64,000 nt of DNA from Macrostomum hystrix (Eukaryota > Animalia > Platyhelminthes): assembly GCA_950097015.1 (NCBI GenBank), contig CATNEN010000038.1, positions 7,130,001-7,194,000 of the forward strand, written 5' to 3'. Every line of letters starts with the position of its first letter. Within the stretch, counting starts at the first letter, position 1. The notes beneath the pieces are model-generated. The model was given only the letters and a program-made list of their open reading frames with translations. It did not search any database and was not told the origin of the DNA. Made by a program: the position numbers and the translations under genes. This document shows positions 13,746 to 27,097 of the stretch, one piece after another.

Positions 13746-15359
13746 AAATGCACACAAATTTTGTGTATGAGGTAAACAGACAATGAAATTCTAAGTCTGA
13801 AGAAAAGTATTGTAGAATGCTACTTTAGGCAATGAGTCGGTAAAGAATAGCAATTTATTGCTTTATAATTAATATTATATATGCAGTAATATAAGTGTAT
13901 ATATATTTATGTCGAATATGCAATAATCAGAACAATTTATTGTAAAAAGAAGCGATTTTTCGAGGAAAAGCCAGGCTAAAATACACAATAATAAAAATAG
14001 AGATTAACAAAAAGCCACTCTGGGCACTGATTAACTCGGAGAGTTGCTATGGGACCATTTAGTCAGGCGGGAGTGGTGCGAGTAGCCGGGTCTACAAGAG
14101 ATTCTTCTGAACAATGCTTTCATAGCTGATCGATTTTAACGCAACAAAACTTATGAAACAGTGCGTCAAACAAAATTGAATGGCTGAATAATAACGAATT
14201 GTAAAAATAGCAGCAGAGATAGTACAGAGCGCGGATGGACACAGAAACTAAGTACATCAGGCTATCTAGCTAGAGAAGAAGGAAAACACTCGATTGGGTG
14301 CAGTCCCGCGCGAGATGTACAGTTAAGCATATAGGTCTCTGCGGATTATAGATTAGAAGCAGATTTAACTAACAGAAGCTGGGCCCATTGTCGGCAAATT
14401 GATCGAGCATAGCAAGGGAATAGATGGGTGGGGTTGAGGCAAAAGTCTCCACTCGACACATTTAGAAGGCCTTAATATATTTACCTAGCGATCTGCAGAA
14501 AAAACGCATCTCAAAGTGTTTGTTAAGCCTAATCCGATATGTATAGAAAATAGCTAAATATATATTTATATATGTCAGACAATTGTTACGAGGACAACAA
14601 TAGAGACAACAGCAGAGACAATAGTTCTAAGAATTGTGCACTTTTCTACCGTCAATAATTGTCCAAAAGGTCAGCGTTAAAAAAAACTAAAACTAATAAT
14701 AGCCTATTCTAAAAAACAAAATGTTCACAATGAGGAGACAACAAGAAGGCAGCTGCAACAGTTGTGCAACAGTTTACAATACCAGTTTTAATCAACAATG
14801 TAACCAATGTAAACAATTGAAAAAAAAGAGAGACGCCAAGTTGCACTGCGGCCATTGCAAAAACAAGAGAGAAAAAGCGGCGAATAGCATCAGCTGCTTG
14901 ACTAGAAGCTTTGAGGATTGAACAAATAGTTCTGAACAACTATTATATTGCAAGCTGTGGGAAATCAATACGTACAGTCATATTTATTGCAGCAGTCCAG
15001 CGAACAGCAACAAACATTGCCATCCACACACGGATAGGACTGATAGAGAAAACACTAGACAATGCAGACTTTTTTAAATCAAATTGCTATCGTGTTTAAT
15101 TGCCCAATATTTTCAATTTATTTTCTAAGATAATTTAGAAATCCTATTAAACAAAGTGCATTATGATAAATATCTTAAAAAATGCACAGACCAGAAAATT
15201 TTTGCAGATGTACAATGAACAGGTTTCGATGCATTTTTCAAGAGTCCCACAGTTTAAAAAAATAGTAAAATTTAGGAAAAAGAATTGCTTAAGGAAACTC
15301 ACAGTAAGTTAGAATTGCACACACCAATCAAAATGAGATTAGCAGAGGACTTTGGGAGC

Positions 15360-15972
15360 ACAGTTGCTAAGGACTCAGCTGTTGCTAATGTCTCAGTTTT
15401 AGTTAATCTCTACTTATTTGCTGCTCAGCTTTGCTTCAAAGCACTGCACTGTTGCTGATCTCTTGTTGCTAAGGACTCAGTTCTAGCTGATCTCAGTTGC
15501 TAAGGCCTCAACTGTAATCTGAGCTCAGTTGTTAAGTACTCAGTTGCTGCTCAACCATGTTTCTAAGGACTCAATGGTTGCTGATATCTGTTGCTAAGGT
15601 TTCAGCTGTTGCAAAGAACTCGTTTGTTGCTAAGGACTCAGTTCTAGCTGATCTCAGTTGCTAAGGCCTCAACTGTAATCTGAGCTCAGCTGTTAAGTAC
15701 TCAGTTGCTGCTAAACCATGTTTCTAAGGACTCAACGGTTGCTGATATCTGTTGCTAAGGTTTCAGCTGTTGCAAAGAACTCGTTTGTTGCTAAGGACTC
15801 AGTTCTAGCTGATCTCAGTTGCTAAGGCCTCAACTGTAATCTGAGCTCAGTTGTTAAGTACTCAGTTGCTGCTCAACCATGTTTCTAAGGACTCAACGGT
15901 TGCTGATATCTGTTGCTAAGGCTTCAGCTGTTGCAAAGAACTCGTTTGTTGCTAAGGACTCAGTTCTAGCCT
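15360..15972. repeat. 161-bp higher-order repeat (3 copies) built from GTTGCTAAGGACTCA-like subunits
   Basis: AAGGACTCAGTTCTAGC recurs at 15471, 15632, 15793 and about 15954. Confidence 0.9.
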
Positions 15973-16428
15973 AGCTCGGCAGCTTATTACACTTAAGAAA
16001 AAAAGAACTACAATAGCTAAAGGTATTCTGTGCACTGCAATAAGCGGAAATATGATAGTCACTAGTCAATGAGTCGCTTTTCAAAGTTTGCACGTTAGCG
16101 CTAAGTTGCATAACTAGAGAATATTATATATAGCGCAAAATGAGTTGTTGGACGAGCTGGCTCAATCACAGGCGAATAGTTAACAGGATCAGAATTAATC
16201 TAATCCTTTATAGAATTGAATTCAGATAAAAATCCTTGTCCCACTCAGTTCTGAAGGCTACAATAGATTAATCAATCAAAGAACTATCTTCAATATACGC
16301 AAGCTGATAATAGGTTATTGATTTAAATCTAGGCGGCTAGTGATGACAAATGAAGCAGCGGGTTCAGCAGAGACTGCCCGATAGTAGAGCTAAAAACAGA
16401 GCAGTCCATGCACAGAGCCTCAGAGAGT

Positions 16429-19400
16429 TCAGAGCAGCTCATACTGGCGCAGGTGCATTCGCTGAATAATATCGCGGCAGTCTTTAAACACCCGCCTGAT
16501 GTTCTCGGTGTCCACAGCGCAGGTGAAATGCGGATAGCAATAGTGCTGCGCGGCCGCGTCGTTGGCGCTAATTTTCTGTCGCAATGGGGCGTCGCAGGAG
16601 CGCACATTTTTGTTAAAGTACATTCGGTGCACATATATATACAAAGTTGACACTGTACAAACATGTAAATGTACAGGGGGCTTGTAGTTCAGTGGTTAGA
16701 GCTTCGGTCTTCTAACTGAGCTCCAGAGTTCGAATCTAAGCCCATGGCAGACGATTTCTATCCTTCAGCAATACATTTAAATTACCTACTCTTGATGTGA
16801 ATGTACAATAGGCGTACATTTAAATTTGCATGTGGATCTAAAATAAACGTAAATTTATATGTACATCGGGTTTATAAGTAGATGTACATTGGATGTACAT
16901 AGGATGTACATTGAATGTACATTGTATGTACGTACATCCCATTCGATGTAAATGGGATGTACATGGGATGTACATTGGATATATATCGGATGTACATTAG
17001 TTGTACATGTGGACGTGCATTTGATACACGCTTGCATGCGCATTGCATACGCACGAAAATGTACAAAGTTTACGTTTCTGAAGAAAGCACAAAAATAAAA
17101 TAATTAGCCTACCAGGAACTGATCTCTGATGAAGTACTTTGCTCGCATAACTTCTGCTGGCTCGGAATCGGAGTTGTTCACTGCAGGATAAAATGCAAAT
17201 AGGGGATAATTAGAAAACTACTCCGACCTCCACCTATGATTGACAATCCCTATAATCTGACTCATTCCCGTCTGACTAGCATCGTGATGAACTCACCGCC
17301 CTCCGTGGGTAGGCAATACTCCTTGTAGTCGTGAAAGTAGTCCTCCAGCCTAGATTTGCCAGCCATGATCTTCTCAGCCAGCAAATCCTGCTTATTCAGG
17401 AACAGAATCACCGAAATCGTACGCAGATATCTGAAAATGTTAATTTGAAGCGCTGTGAACTACTTATACTACTTAGACTACTTAGTAGACAAAAACAAAT
17501 GTAGTTTTAAAGAGCGCATTGTTCACTTTACTTTAGCTCACAAAAGCACACAAAATCTATCAATTTCAATGAAACTAATACGAGCTGAATGTATGTGGCA
17601 AAGCTTAAGGCTCCAGCTTACATTCTTCCTGCATCTTGTGCAGTGAAGTATCAGTTTTGTCTCAGTTTCAGGCTATGGCTGCTGCATCACTTTTAGACAA
17701 AAATACTTATATTCTAGATGCTCTGCTAAAATTTCAGGATGGTGTGAAAATACCACAGACGCTATTCACCATCACCTGAGATGAATAGCTAAAATCCCCT
17801 AGATGCTATTCACAATCCACTAGATGCTATTCACAATCCCCTAGATGCTATTCACAATCCCCTAGATGCTATTCACAATCCACTAGATGCTATTCACCAT
17901 CACCTGAGATGAATAGCTAAAATCCCCTAGATGCTGTTCACAATCCCCTAGATGCTATTCACAATCCCCTAGATGCTATTCACAATCCACTAGATGCTAT
18001 TCACCATCACCTGAGATGAACAGCTACAATCCCCTAGATGCTGTTCACAATCCCCTAGATGCTATTCACAATCCCCTAGATGCTATTCACAATCCACTAG
18101 ATGCTATTCACCATCACCTGAGATGAACAGCTACAATCCCCTAGATGCTATTCACAATCCACTAGATGCTATTCACCATCACCTGAGATGAACAGCTACA
18201 ATCCCCTAGATGCTATTCACAATCCACTAGATGCTATTCACCATCACCTGAGATGAACAGCTACAATCCCCTAGATGCTATTCACAATCCACTAGATGCT
18301 ATTCACGATCCCATAGATGCTATTAACAATCCCATAGATGCTATTAACAATCCCATAGATGCTATTAACAATCCCATAGATGCTATTCACAATCCCATAG
18401 ATGCTATTCACAATCCCATAGATGCTATTCACAATCCCATAGATGCTATTAACAATCCCATAGATGCTATTCACGATCCCATAGATGCTATTAACAATCC
18501 CATAGATGCTATTAACAATCCCAAAGATGCTATTCACAATCCCATAGATGCTATTCACAATCCCATAGATGCTATTCACAATCCCATAGATGCTATTCAC
18601 AATCCCATAGATGCTATTCACGATCCCCCATACGACTATTTACAATCCCTATTTACAATTCAGGTAATTGCATTTTTAACGCAAGTCCAACGCAAATTCA
18701 GAGCGAAATTCCAACAAACGCGGACCTATTGGTCCAAATCGACTGAAACAGCTCCAGGCTCTCCTTCAATCGATTCTGCGTTGGATCCTCTCGCAGCACC
18801 ATGTTGTAAGAGGATGACGCCGTCACAAAGATGATGGCCGTCACGTCGTTGAAGCACTGGATCCACTTGCGTCGTTCCTCGCGCTGGCCGCCAACATCGA
18901 ACATGTGGAACTGGACTTTGTCCACGCAGAACTTCGTCTCGAAGATGCCTGAGGTGAGGACTCGACAGCGCAGGATGTCCTGCTCTGAGGGCTCGTAGTC
19001 AGGCCGGCTGACCTCGTCGGCCTTGTCGAGGAAGCTGGGGAGGATGGGTGAGTGGGGAGCGTTGTGATGAGGTCGATCTTAGGATCAGGGTGGGCCAATC
19101 AGGGTCAATCTGAGAGTCAATCTGAGAGTTAATATGAGGGTCAATCTGAGGATCAATCTGAGGATCAATCTGAGGGTCAATCTTTGAGTCAATCTGAGGG
19201 TCAATCTGAGGATCTATCAGAGGGTCAATGTGAGAGTCAATCTGAGGATCAATCTGAGGATCAATCTGATAGTCAATCTGAGGATCAATCTGATAGTCAA
19301 TCTGAGGATCAATCTGATAGTCAATCTGAGGATCAATCTGAGGGTCAATCTGAGAGTCAATCTGAGGATCAATCTGATAGTCAATCTGAGGATCAATCTG

Positions 19401-22400
19401 AGGGTCAATCTGATAGTCAATCTGAGGATCTATCTGAGGGTCAATCTGAGAGTCAATCTGAGGGTCAATCTGAGCAACAGGGTGTGAGCAGCCTTAAAGT
19501 GGTTAAATTTCACACTGGAATTGAATATAACAATATAAACGCAGATAACATTTGATAGGGCCTGTCTGCATCAACATACTAAAAGTATGGACTTAGAAAC
19601 ATGCTAAGAAATAAATACAAAGGTGAGAGAGAAAACTAGAATTATGTCGTCAAGTGAAGGCTAGCAACCTGTGGAAAGCAGGCAGATACACAACCGAGCA
19701 TTATAATGCTAGCACAAAGACTGCTGTAACTGCATTCCACGGAGAAATATTATCCCTAATAAATGCCGCCTGTCAGGGTGACGCCTCCCCCCTCCCTGCG
19801 TCTGCAATCCTTGGCCAGGCAGAGTATAGGCAAGCCAGTTGACAGATAATTGCAGGCTGCTAAGGGATCTGTAAGATGGCTGAGCAGCCTAGCCAACTCA
19901 AATCTATTGTGCACAACATCTTACATAACTACTACTTTAAGTCAGATACAACTGATTCTGTATTTATTTGCCAGTAAAAGTTAATTAACCTCAAATACTA
20001 TCGATTTATAATGGAGGCGATGAGTGACAGAGCGGTCTAACGCGTTTCCCTCTAGCGCCAAGGTTCCGGAGCTCGATTCCGCGGAAAGAAGGCTTGGAGG
20101 CTTGTCGACGAGTCTCCCGTACATTAAGTAAATGTACGCACAGCTGAGCTTTTGCCTGCGTACAGTATCTGTGTGTGTGTGCGTTCCCTGTTCATTGTGA
20201 CCAAATAATGTGTCAGTTCCGACATGCCTGTTACATATTCGATTATTTATTAATTTTTAATTCCCTCTCTCTAACACAGGGGTCGGCAAACTTCAGCCAG
20301 CGGGCCAGAGCCCGTTGCCCCTTCCGACACCTATAGTATACTATTTTATCTTTCCCCTGTCTCATCTCTCCCGCGTCTCATCTCTCCCGCGTCTCATCTT
20401 TCCCCTGTCTCATCTCTCCCGCGTCTCATCTCTCCCGCGTCTCATCTTTCCCCTGTCTCATCTCTCCCGCGTCTCATCTCTCCCGCGTCTCATCTCTCCC
20501 GCGTCTTATCTCTCCCGCGTCTCATCTCTCCCGCGTCTCATCTCTCCCGCGTCTCATCTCTCCCGTGTCTCATCTCTCCCGCGTCTCATCTCTCCCGTGT
20601 CTCATCTCTCCCGCGTCTCATCTCTCCCGCGTCTTATCTCTCCCGCGTCTCATCTCTCCCGCGTCCTATCTCTCCCGCGTCCTATCTCTCCCGCGTCTCA
20701 TCTCTCCCGCGTCTCATCTCTCCCGCGTCTCATATCTCCCGTGTCTCATCTCTCGCGTGTGTCACCCATTCCGTGTCTCACCTCGCCATTGTCTCGTCTC
20801 TCCCGTGTCTCATCTCTCCCGTGTCTCATCTCTCCCGCGTCTCATCTCTCCCGTGTCTCATCTCTCCCGCGTCTCATCTCTCCCGCGTCTCATCTCTCCC
20901 GCGTCTCATCTCTCCCGCGTCTTATCTCTCGCGTGTCTCATCTCTCCCGCGTCTTATCTCTCCCACGTCTCATCTCTCCCGCGTCTTATCTCTCCCGTGT
21001 CTCATCTCTCCCGCGTCTTATCTCTCCCGTGTCTCATCTCTCCCCCGTCTTATCTCTCGCGTGTCTCATCTCTCCCGCGTCTTATCTCTCCCGTGTCTCC
21101 TTCTCTATTGTGTCTTATCTCTCCCGTGTCTCACCCATTCCGTGTCTCACCTCGCCATTGTCTCGTCTCTTCCGTGTCTCCATCTCTATTGTGTCTTATC
21201 TCTCCCGTGTCTCACCTCGCCATTGTCTCGTCTCTCCCGTGTCTCCATCTCTATTGTGTCTTATCTCTCCCGTGTCTCACCCATTCCGTGTCTCACCTCG
21301 CCATTGTCTCGTCTCTCCCGTGTCTCCATCTCTATTGTGTCTTATCTCTCCCGTGTCTCACCCATTCCGTGTCTCACCTCGCCATTGTCTCGTCTCTCCC
21401 GTGTCTCCATCTCTATTGTGTCTTATCTCTCCCGTGTCTCACCCATTCCGTGTCTCACCTCGCCATTGTCTCGTCTCTCCCGTGTCTCATCTCTCCTTTG
21501 TCTCATGTCTCCCGTGTCTCGTCTCTCCCGTGTTTCATCTCACCCTTATCTCTGATATATTTCTCTTATATTTCTAGAGTCAATGCGGTCCACCGTCGTA
21601 TTTTAGGTTCTTTTTTTGGCCCGCTAGCTAATAAGTTTGCCGAGCTTATCGAACAGCAGCGAGGAGCCTTGACATCCATTCAAAGAAATTATACGATATA
21701 GGCCACTTAGAAGAATCTGGTGGTAAGGTTAAGTTAGAGACAGCCAGTCAAATTTCTTCCTCTACCTTTTTTACACAGTACTTAAACTTTCACCCCCCAA
21801 CGCCGTGGACCAATCATAAAAGCAAAGTCTGCCAAAGATTGAAGATCGCGCTGTGGAATTCTGCTAAACAAAAAGTGCCCAGCCCGGCTGGGCAGCTGCA
21901 CTTTAAAGTGTGACCAACTCAGAATACTGTAGCACCAGCTAGAGGCGTGTTCGTGATTTCTAAAAATAGATCCCACGCAGACAGGCCAATTCAGTACTCT
22001 ATGGTTTAAAGCCATATATTATAATGCTTGCACTGTTAAGATAAGCATTGCGTAAAAGGATTGTGCGCATATCATGGATCAGTAACCCCCGGCCTGCGTG
22101 CCAGATGCGGCCCTCCAAGCTCCTAAAGTCCCATTCCAACACCTCTGTATTATCTGTCCCGTGTCATCTGTCCCGTGTCCTATCTGTCCCGTGTCCTATC
22201 TGTCCCGTGTCCTATCTGTCCTGTGTCCTATCTGTCTCGTGTCATCTGTCCTGTGTCCTATCTGTCCCGTGTCCTATCTGTCCCGTGTCCTATCTGTCCC
22301 GTGTCCTATCTGTCCCGTGTCCTATCTGTCCCGTGTCCTATCTGTCCCGTGTCCTATCTGTCCTGTGTCCTATCTGTCCCGTGTCATCTGTCCTGTGTCC

Positions 22401-25400
22401 TATCTGTCTCGTGTCCTATCTGTCCCGTGTCCTATCTGTCCCGTGTCATCTGTCCCGTGTCCTATCTGTCCCGTGTCCTATCTGTCCCGTGTCCTATCTG
22501 TCCCGTGTCCTATCTGTCCCGTGTCCTATCTGTCCCGTGTCCTATCTGTCCCGTGTCCTATCTGTCCCGTGTCCTATCTGTCCCGTGTCCTATCTGTCCC
22601 GTGTCCTATCTGTCCCGTGTCCTATCTGTCCCGTGTCCTATCTGTCCCGTGTCCTATCTGTCCCGTGTCCTATCTGTCCCGTGTCATCTGTCCCGTGTCC
22701 TATCTGTCCCGTGTCCTATCTGTCCCGTGTCCTATCTGTCCTGTGTCCTATCTGTCCTGTGTCCTATCTGTCCCGTGTCCTATCTGTCCCGTGTCCTATC
22801 TGTCCCGTGTCCTATCTGTCCCGTGTCATCTGTCCCGTGTCCTATCTGTCCCGTGTCCTATCTGTCCCGTGTCCTATCTGTCCCGTGTCCTATCTGTCCC
22901 GTGTCCTATCTGTCCCGTGTCATCTGTCCCGTGTCCTATCTGTCCCGTGTCCTATCTGTCCCGTGTCATCTGTCCCGTGTCCTATCTGTCTCGTGTCCTA
23001 TCTGTCCCGTGTCCTATCTGTCCTGTGTCCTATCTGTCCCGTGTCCTATCTGTCCCGTGTCCTATCTGTCCCGTGTCTTATCCCTTCCCAGTCTCTTATG
23101 CCCTGTGTCTCATTTATCCCCTGTCTCCCTGTCTCATGTCCCGTGTCTCAGACCCAATGACTCAACTCCTAATAAATCATCTCTCAATAACTCTGAAATT
23201 ATCTCTCAATCAATCATTTCTCAATGACTATCTCCTCTGTTAGATCACTTTCTAGTGTCTATGCCCAAAACATTACAAAATAAATGTATCAAATAACTTT
23301 GTATATATGCGCAACTAAAATTGATACTAGGCACAACAGACACGATTTATAAAATGGTTTTTACATTCTAAATATAGCCACCCTACTTTGAATACAGGTT
23401 TTCAATAATTTTCGCACTTTGCAAGTTGGAACCACACCCAGGCTTGAGCAATAGTAAGGCCTAACTATTATCTAATTTACATGTTAACCAACAATTCAAT
23501 GCTAGCCATAACGCACAATATACTACTTACTACTTGGCGCAGTCGATTAGCTGATACTCGTTGGACCGTTCGAATGAGGCCCTGACGCCTGCGTCCTGCC
23601 ACAGCAGCACACTGTAACGGAAGAACTGCTCGGGATAGTCAAAGTCGGGCCTAGGCGCCTCCGCCTGCAGATACTCTATGTAGGGCTCGTACTCCGCGTG
23701 CTCCAGCGTTATGGGCGGACTCAGGTTGCTCATGGCGCCCGTGATGGACAAAATGGCGTCCCGGATGTTCTTCTTAATGTCCAGAATTTTCTGCTTCTTC
23801 TCTCTGTTTAAAAAAGTGTCGACTGATTATGTTCGTTCTTCTAAAAGTAGTCACTTGCCTAGACTGAGATTTTCAGTGAGATTCACCTGCGTAGACTGAG
23901 ATTTGCAGTGAGATTCACCTGCCTAGACTGAGATTTTCAGTGAGATTCACCTGCCTAGACTGAGATTTTCAGTGAGATTCACCTGCCTAGACTGAGATTT
24001 GCAGTGAGATTCACCTGCGTAGACTGAGATTTGCAGTGAGATTCACCTGCCTAGACTGAGATTTTCAGTGAGATTCACCTGCCTAGACTGAGATTTTCAG
24101 TGAGATTCACCTGCCTAGACTGAGATTTGCAGTGAGATTCACCTGCGTAGACTGAGATTTGCAGTGAGATTCACCTGCGTAGACTGAGATTTTCAGTGAG
24201 ATTCACCTGCCTAGACTGAGATTTGCAGTGAGATTCACCTGCGTAGACTGAGATTTGCAGTGAGATTCACCTGCCTAGACTGAGATTTGCAGTGAGATTC
24301 ACCTGCCGAGACTGAGATTTGCAGTGAGATTCACCTGCGTAGACTGAGATTTGCAGTGAGATTCACCTGCGTAGACTGAGATTTGCAGTGAGATTCACCT
24401 GCGTAGACTGAGATTTGCAGTGAGATTCACCTGCCTAGACTGAGATTTGCAGTGAGATTCACCTGCCGAGACTGAGATTTGCAGTGAGATTCACCTGCGT
24501 AGACTGAGATTTTCAGTGAGATTCACCTGCCTAGACTGAGATTTGCAGTGAGATTCACCTGCGTAGACTGAGATTTGCAGTGAGATTCACCTGCCTAGAC
24601 TGAGATTTGCAGTGAGATTCACCTGCCGAGACTGAGATTTGCAGTGAGATTCACCTGCGTAGACTGAGATTTGCAGTGAGATTCACCTGCGTAGACTGAG
24701 ATTTGCAGTGAGATTCACCTGCGTAGACTGAGATTTGCAGTGAGATTCACCTGCGTAGACTGAGATTTGCAGTGAGATTCACCTGCCTAGACTGAGATTT
24801 GCAGTGAGATTCACCTGCCGAGACTGAGATTTGCAGTGAGATTCACCTGCCGAGATTGAGATTTGCAGTGAGATTCACCTGCCTAGACTGAGATTTGAGT
24901 GAAATTGACCTATATTGACTGAGATTTTGCCGTGAAATTGACCCATATTGACTGAGATTTTGCTGTGAGATTGACACACTGGACAGAGACAGTTTTTCAG
25001 TACCTTTTAATAGGTAAACACTTATCTAGGACAGTTAAAAATTCCACCCAACTCACTCTGGTGAGAAGCCATTAATGTGCAAGATTCGCATTTGCTTGAC
25101 AATCGTGCTTTTGCCAGACTCTCCAGCACCTGAGAAAAATTTGGTAAAGGTTAGTGAAATCATTAAATAAGGTTAAAAAGTGTCTGCTACATTGCTTCTA
25201 AAAAATATAATATAATATAAAAAAACATTCTAACAAATGAAGAACAATCTGATTAAGGTAAGCTTTTAATTTACTTTAAAAATATTACTTTAAACTCCTA
25301 TCTAGTTTGTATTTTAGATATTCAGTTTTTTGAATGTAATATTACACATAACTGATTGTTAATTATAAAAAACGATACTATTTTCTCTTTTTTTCTAGAC

Positions 25401-27097
25401 CAATAACCATTAAATTATACTTTTGAAATTTATATATAAATAGATAACTTAAAACAAGTGTTTTAAATTGTTCCACTTTTAGTTGGGTACAGTTGAGTGT
25501 ACTATCAATCTATTGTATGAATCATGAATGAATTATGAATAAATATATTAAAAAATCTGAAAATACAAAATAACAAAAAGCTGACCGTAAATAGAATCAA
25601 ATAGGTATATATATATTTTTAAATAACATTTATGTTTACATTTTTCAAGAAAAATTCATGATGAATCTAACAAATGAACAAATGAAGGGGGTCAGTGGCA
25701 GAGCGGTTAACGCGTTTGCCACTTGCATCACAGTCCCTAAGTTTGATTCCACGGCGAGGTCACATTTATTTGGGGCGCAGCCGCGGAGAGAAGGCTTGGG
25801 GGCTTGTCATGCAATTTACGCCCTTGAGGGCCAACCTCCAAGGCACACGATGAGAAAGTCAGGGCAGATGTACACACCTGTGTGAGCATATGCCTGTGTA
25901 TGGTATCTGTGTGCATGTGTGCTCAGGAGTCAGCGAAATGGGCAGAACTGCCTCCTCGCTGGCTGTGGGTCTAGTGTCACCAAACTATGTGTCATTGCCC
26001 GCAGCCCTCTTGCAATTATTATTATTATTAACAAATGAACCATTTTTCATACTTTTTAATCTATATACTAAACTTTGCCACTTAAATCTGATTCCTATTA
26101 AAGCTTAAATTCAAGTATGTACTACTCATATTAGAATATTAATTATCTAATTGGGCTTATAAACCTTGTTTATATTGAAATGATAAATTGGGATTCCAAA
26201 GTTTGGTTGAAATTATATATTAGTTTGGTTGAAATCTAACTTGATATTGTAAAGAAATTACCTAGATTTAATTTTCTGCAATATCTTTATCACCTGCTAA
26301 AATAAATAAAAATAAAAGAGGTCAATGTCTATGTTTAGGTATTGATTTATATTGATGTAAATGTATATGTAAGTATAAAAGTACTATAAAATGTTAGTCA
26401 AGAATCTAAATGTTGAATTTTTTTGAACAATAAGAAATTTTTTTGTGATTCTAAATTATGATAAAAATGAGTTCAAGTGTACAATAATCAAAAGTAATAA
26501 AAAAACCTATCAAACCAGCAGAGCTTTCACTCAGATGTTTCATCTAGACTGTGATAATAATATATGACTCTTGATAAAAGTCAAGGGCTTAGTTACTCAG
26601 TATATATAATATTTTACAATGATCATGAACACAAGAGAAGTAAGAAGAGTGAGCTGATAAATATTGCCAATTTCCTAAATTGTCTGTGTTAATAATCTGA
26701 TGAGCAATGTTGGTGCTTGTAGCAATATACAATCTAGTAAAAATGTAGTCATAGAGGTATGCATACAAGATACATACAATGTTATAATACTGTTACAAAC
26801 ACATGAAATATGTTAACAATTCATCTGCTTTTAAAGTTTTAAAGCTTCAGTAAAAAATAAATAATAAAAAAGCTTTGAAATATTTTGGCCCAAGTTAATA
26901 TTAAATGGATATTTTATCTTTGACATGTTTAATGATACTAGTTAAGAGAGAAAAAACTTTTGTGCATTACCTAAAAGTAGAAGTCTATGAGTTGACTTGT
27001 AATCCTTTCGTTCTTTTTCAAGCTTTCTTTCAATATTCTTCGAAAGTTCACTTTTTTCTGTTGTTGTAACATTCTTCTTTCCTCCAAAACAGCCCAT
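16429..27097 (-). CDS. GNAS: Heterotrimeric G protein alpha-s subunit, 376 aa, 7 coding exons
   Basis: Exons 27097-26971, 25129-25057, 23803-23531, 19034-18726, 17430-17297, 17180-17113, 16575-16429, with consistent phases. Motifs [60 protein letters not shown] and the Gs-specific C-terminus [10 protein letters not shown]. Confidence 0.97.
16676..16748 (+). other. Degenerate tRNA-like sequence (tRNA pseudogene or SINE head)
   Basis: A box TAGTTCAGTGGTTAGA and B box GAGTTCGAATC. Anticodon and acceptor stems do not pair properly. Lies in Gs-alpha intron 6, antisense to the gene. Confidence 0.55.
16800..17065. repeat. Degenerate ATGTACAT-rich short repeat
   Basis: Many TGTACA palindromes at roughly 11-bp spacing. 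Confidence 0.7.
17757..18630. repeat. 21-bp minisatellite with interspersed longer variant units
   Basis: Unit CCCATAGATGCTATTCACAAT. The 5' half carries periodic CCATCACCTGAGATGAAYAGCTA inserts. Gs-alpha intron 4. Confidence 0.95.
19100..19475. repeat. 12-bp minisatellite
   Basis: Unit TCAATCTGAGGR / TCAATCTGATAG. Gs-alpha intron 3. Confidence 0.95.
20013..20185 (+). mobile_element. SINE family A, degraded copy
   Basis: GAGTGACAGAGCGGTCTAACGCGTTT...GAGCTCGATTCC...AAGGCTTGGAGGCTTGTC. Confidence 0.7.
20350..21550. repeat. 16-bp pyrimidine-rich minisatellite grading into a 63-bp higher-order unit
   Basis: Unit TCTCCCGCGTCTCATC. Confidence 0.95.
22150..23080. repeat. 16-bp minisatellite
   Basis: Unit TGTCCCGTGTCCTATC. 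Confidence 0.97.
23855..24900. repeat. 32-bp minisatellite, about 32 copies
   Basis: Unit ATTCACCTGCSTAGACTGAGATTTKCAGTGAG (23881, 23913, ...). Gs-alpha intron 2. Confidence 0.97.
25687..26030 (+). mobile_element. SINE family A, most complete copy
   Basis: tRNA-like head (GTGGCAGAGCGG ... GTTTGATTCC), about 250-bp body and ATTATTATTATTA tail. Confidence 0.85.

Noticed and set aside
16676-16748. Functional tRNA-Arg(TCT)
   Set aside because: Anticodon and acceptor stems do not pair correctly, so it is treated as a relic or SINE head.
17236-17276. C/D snoRNA-like motifs (ATGATTG..CTGA..CTGA) in Gs-alpha intron 5
   Set aside because: Too short, antisense to the host transcript, and no recognisable guide.
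20315-23243. Long ORFs of 260-420 aa (also 18253, 19184, 28258-28877, 41509-43062, 45176, 51603-53680, 57834, 60211)
   Set aside because: They are translations of stop-free minisatellites, often open in several frames, lying in introns or spacers.
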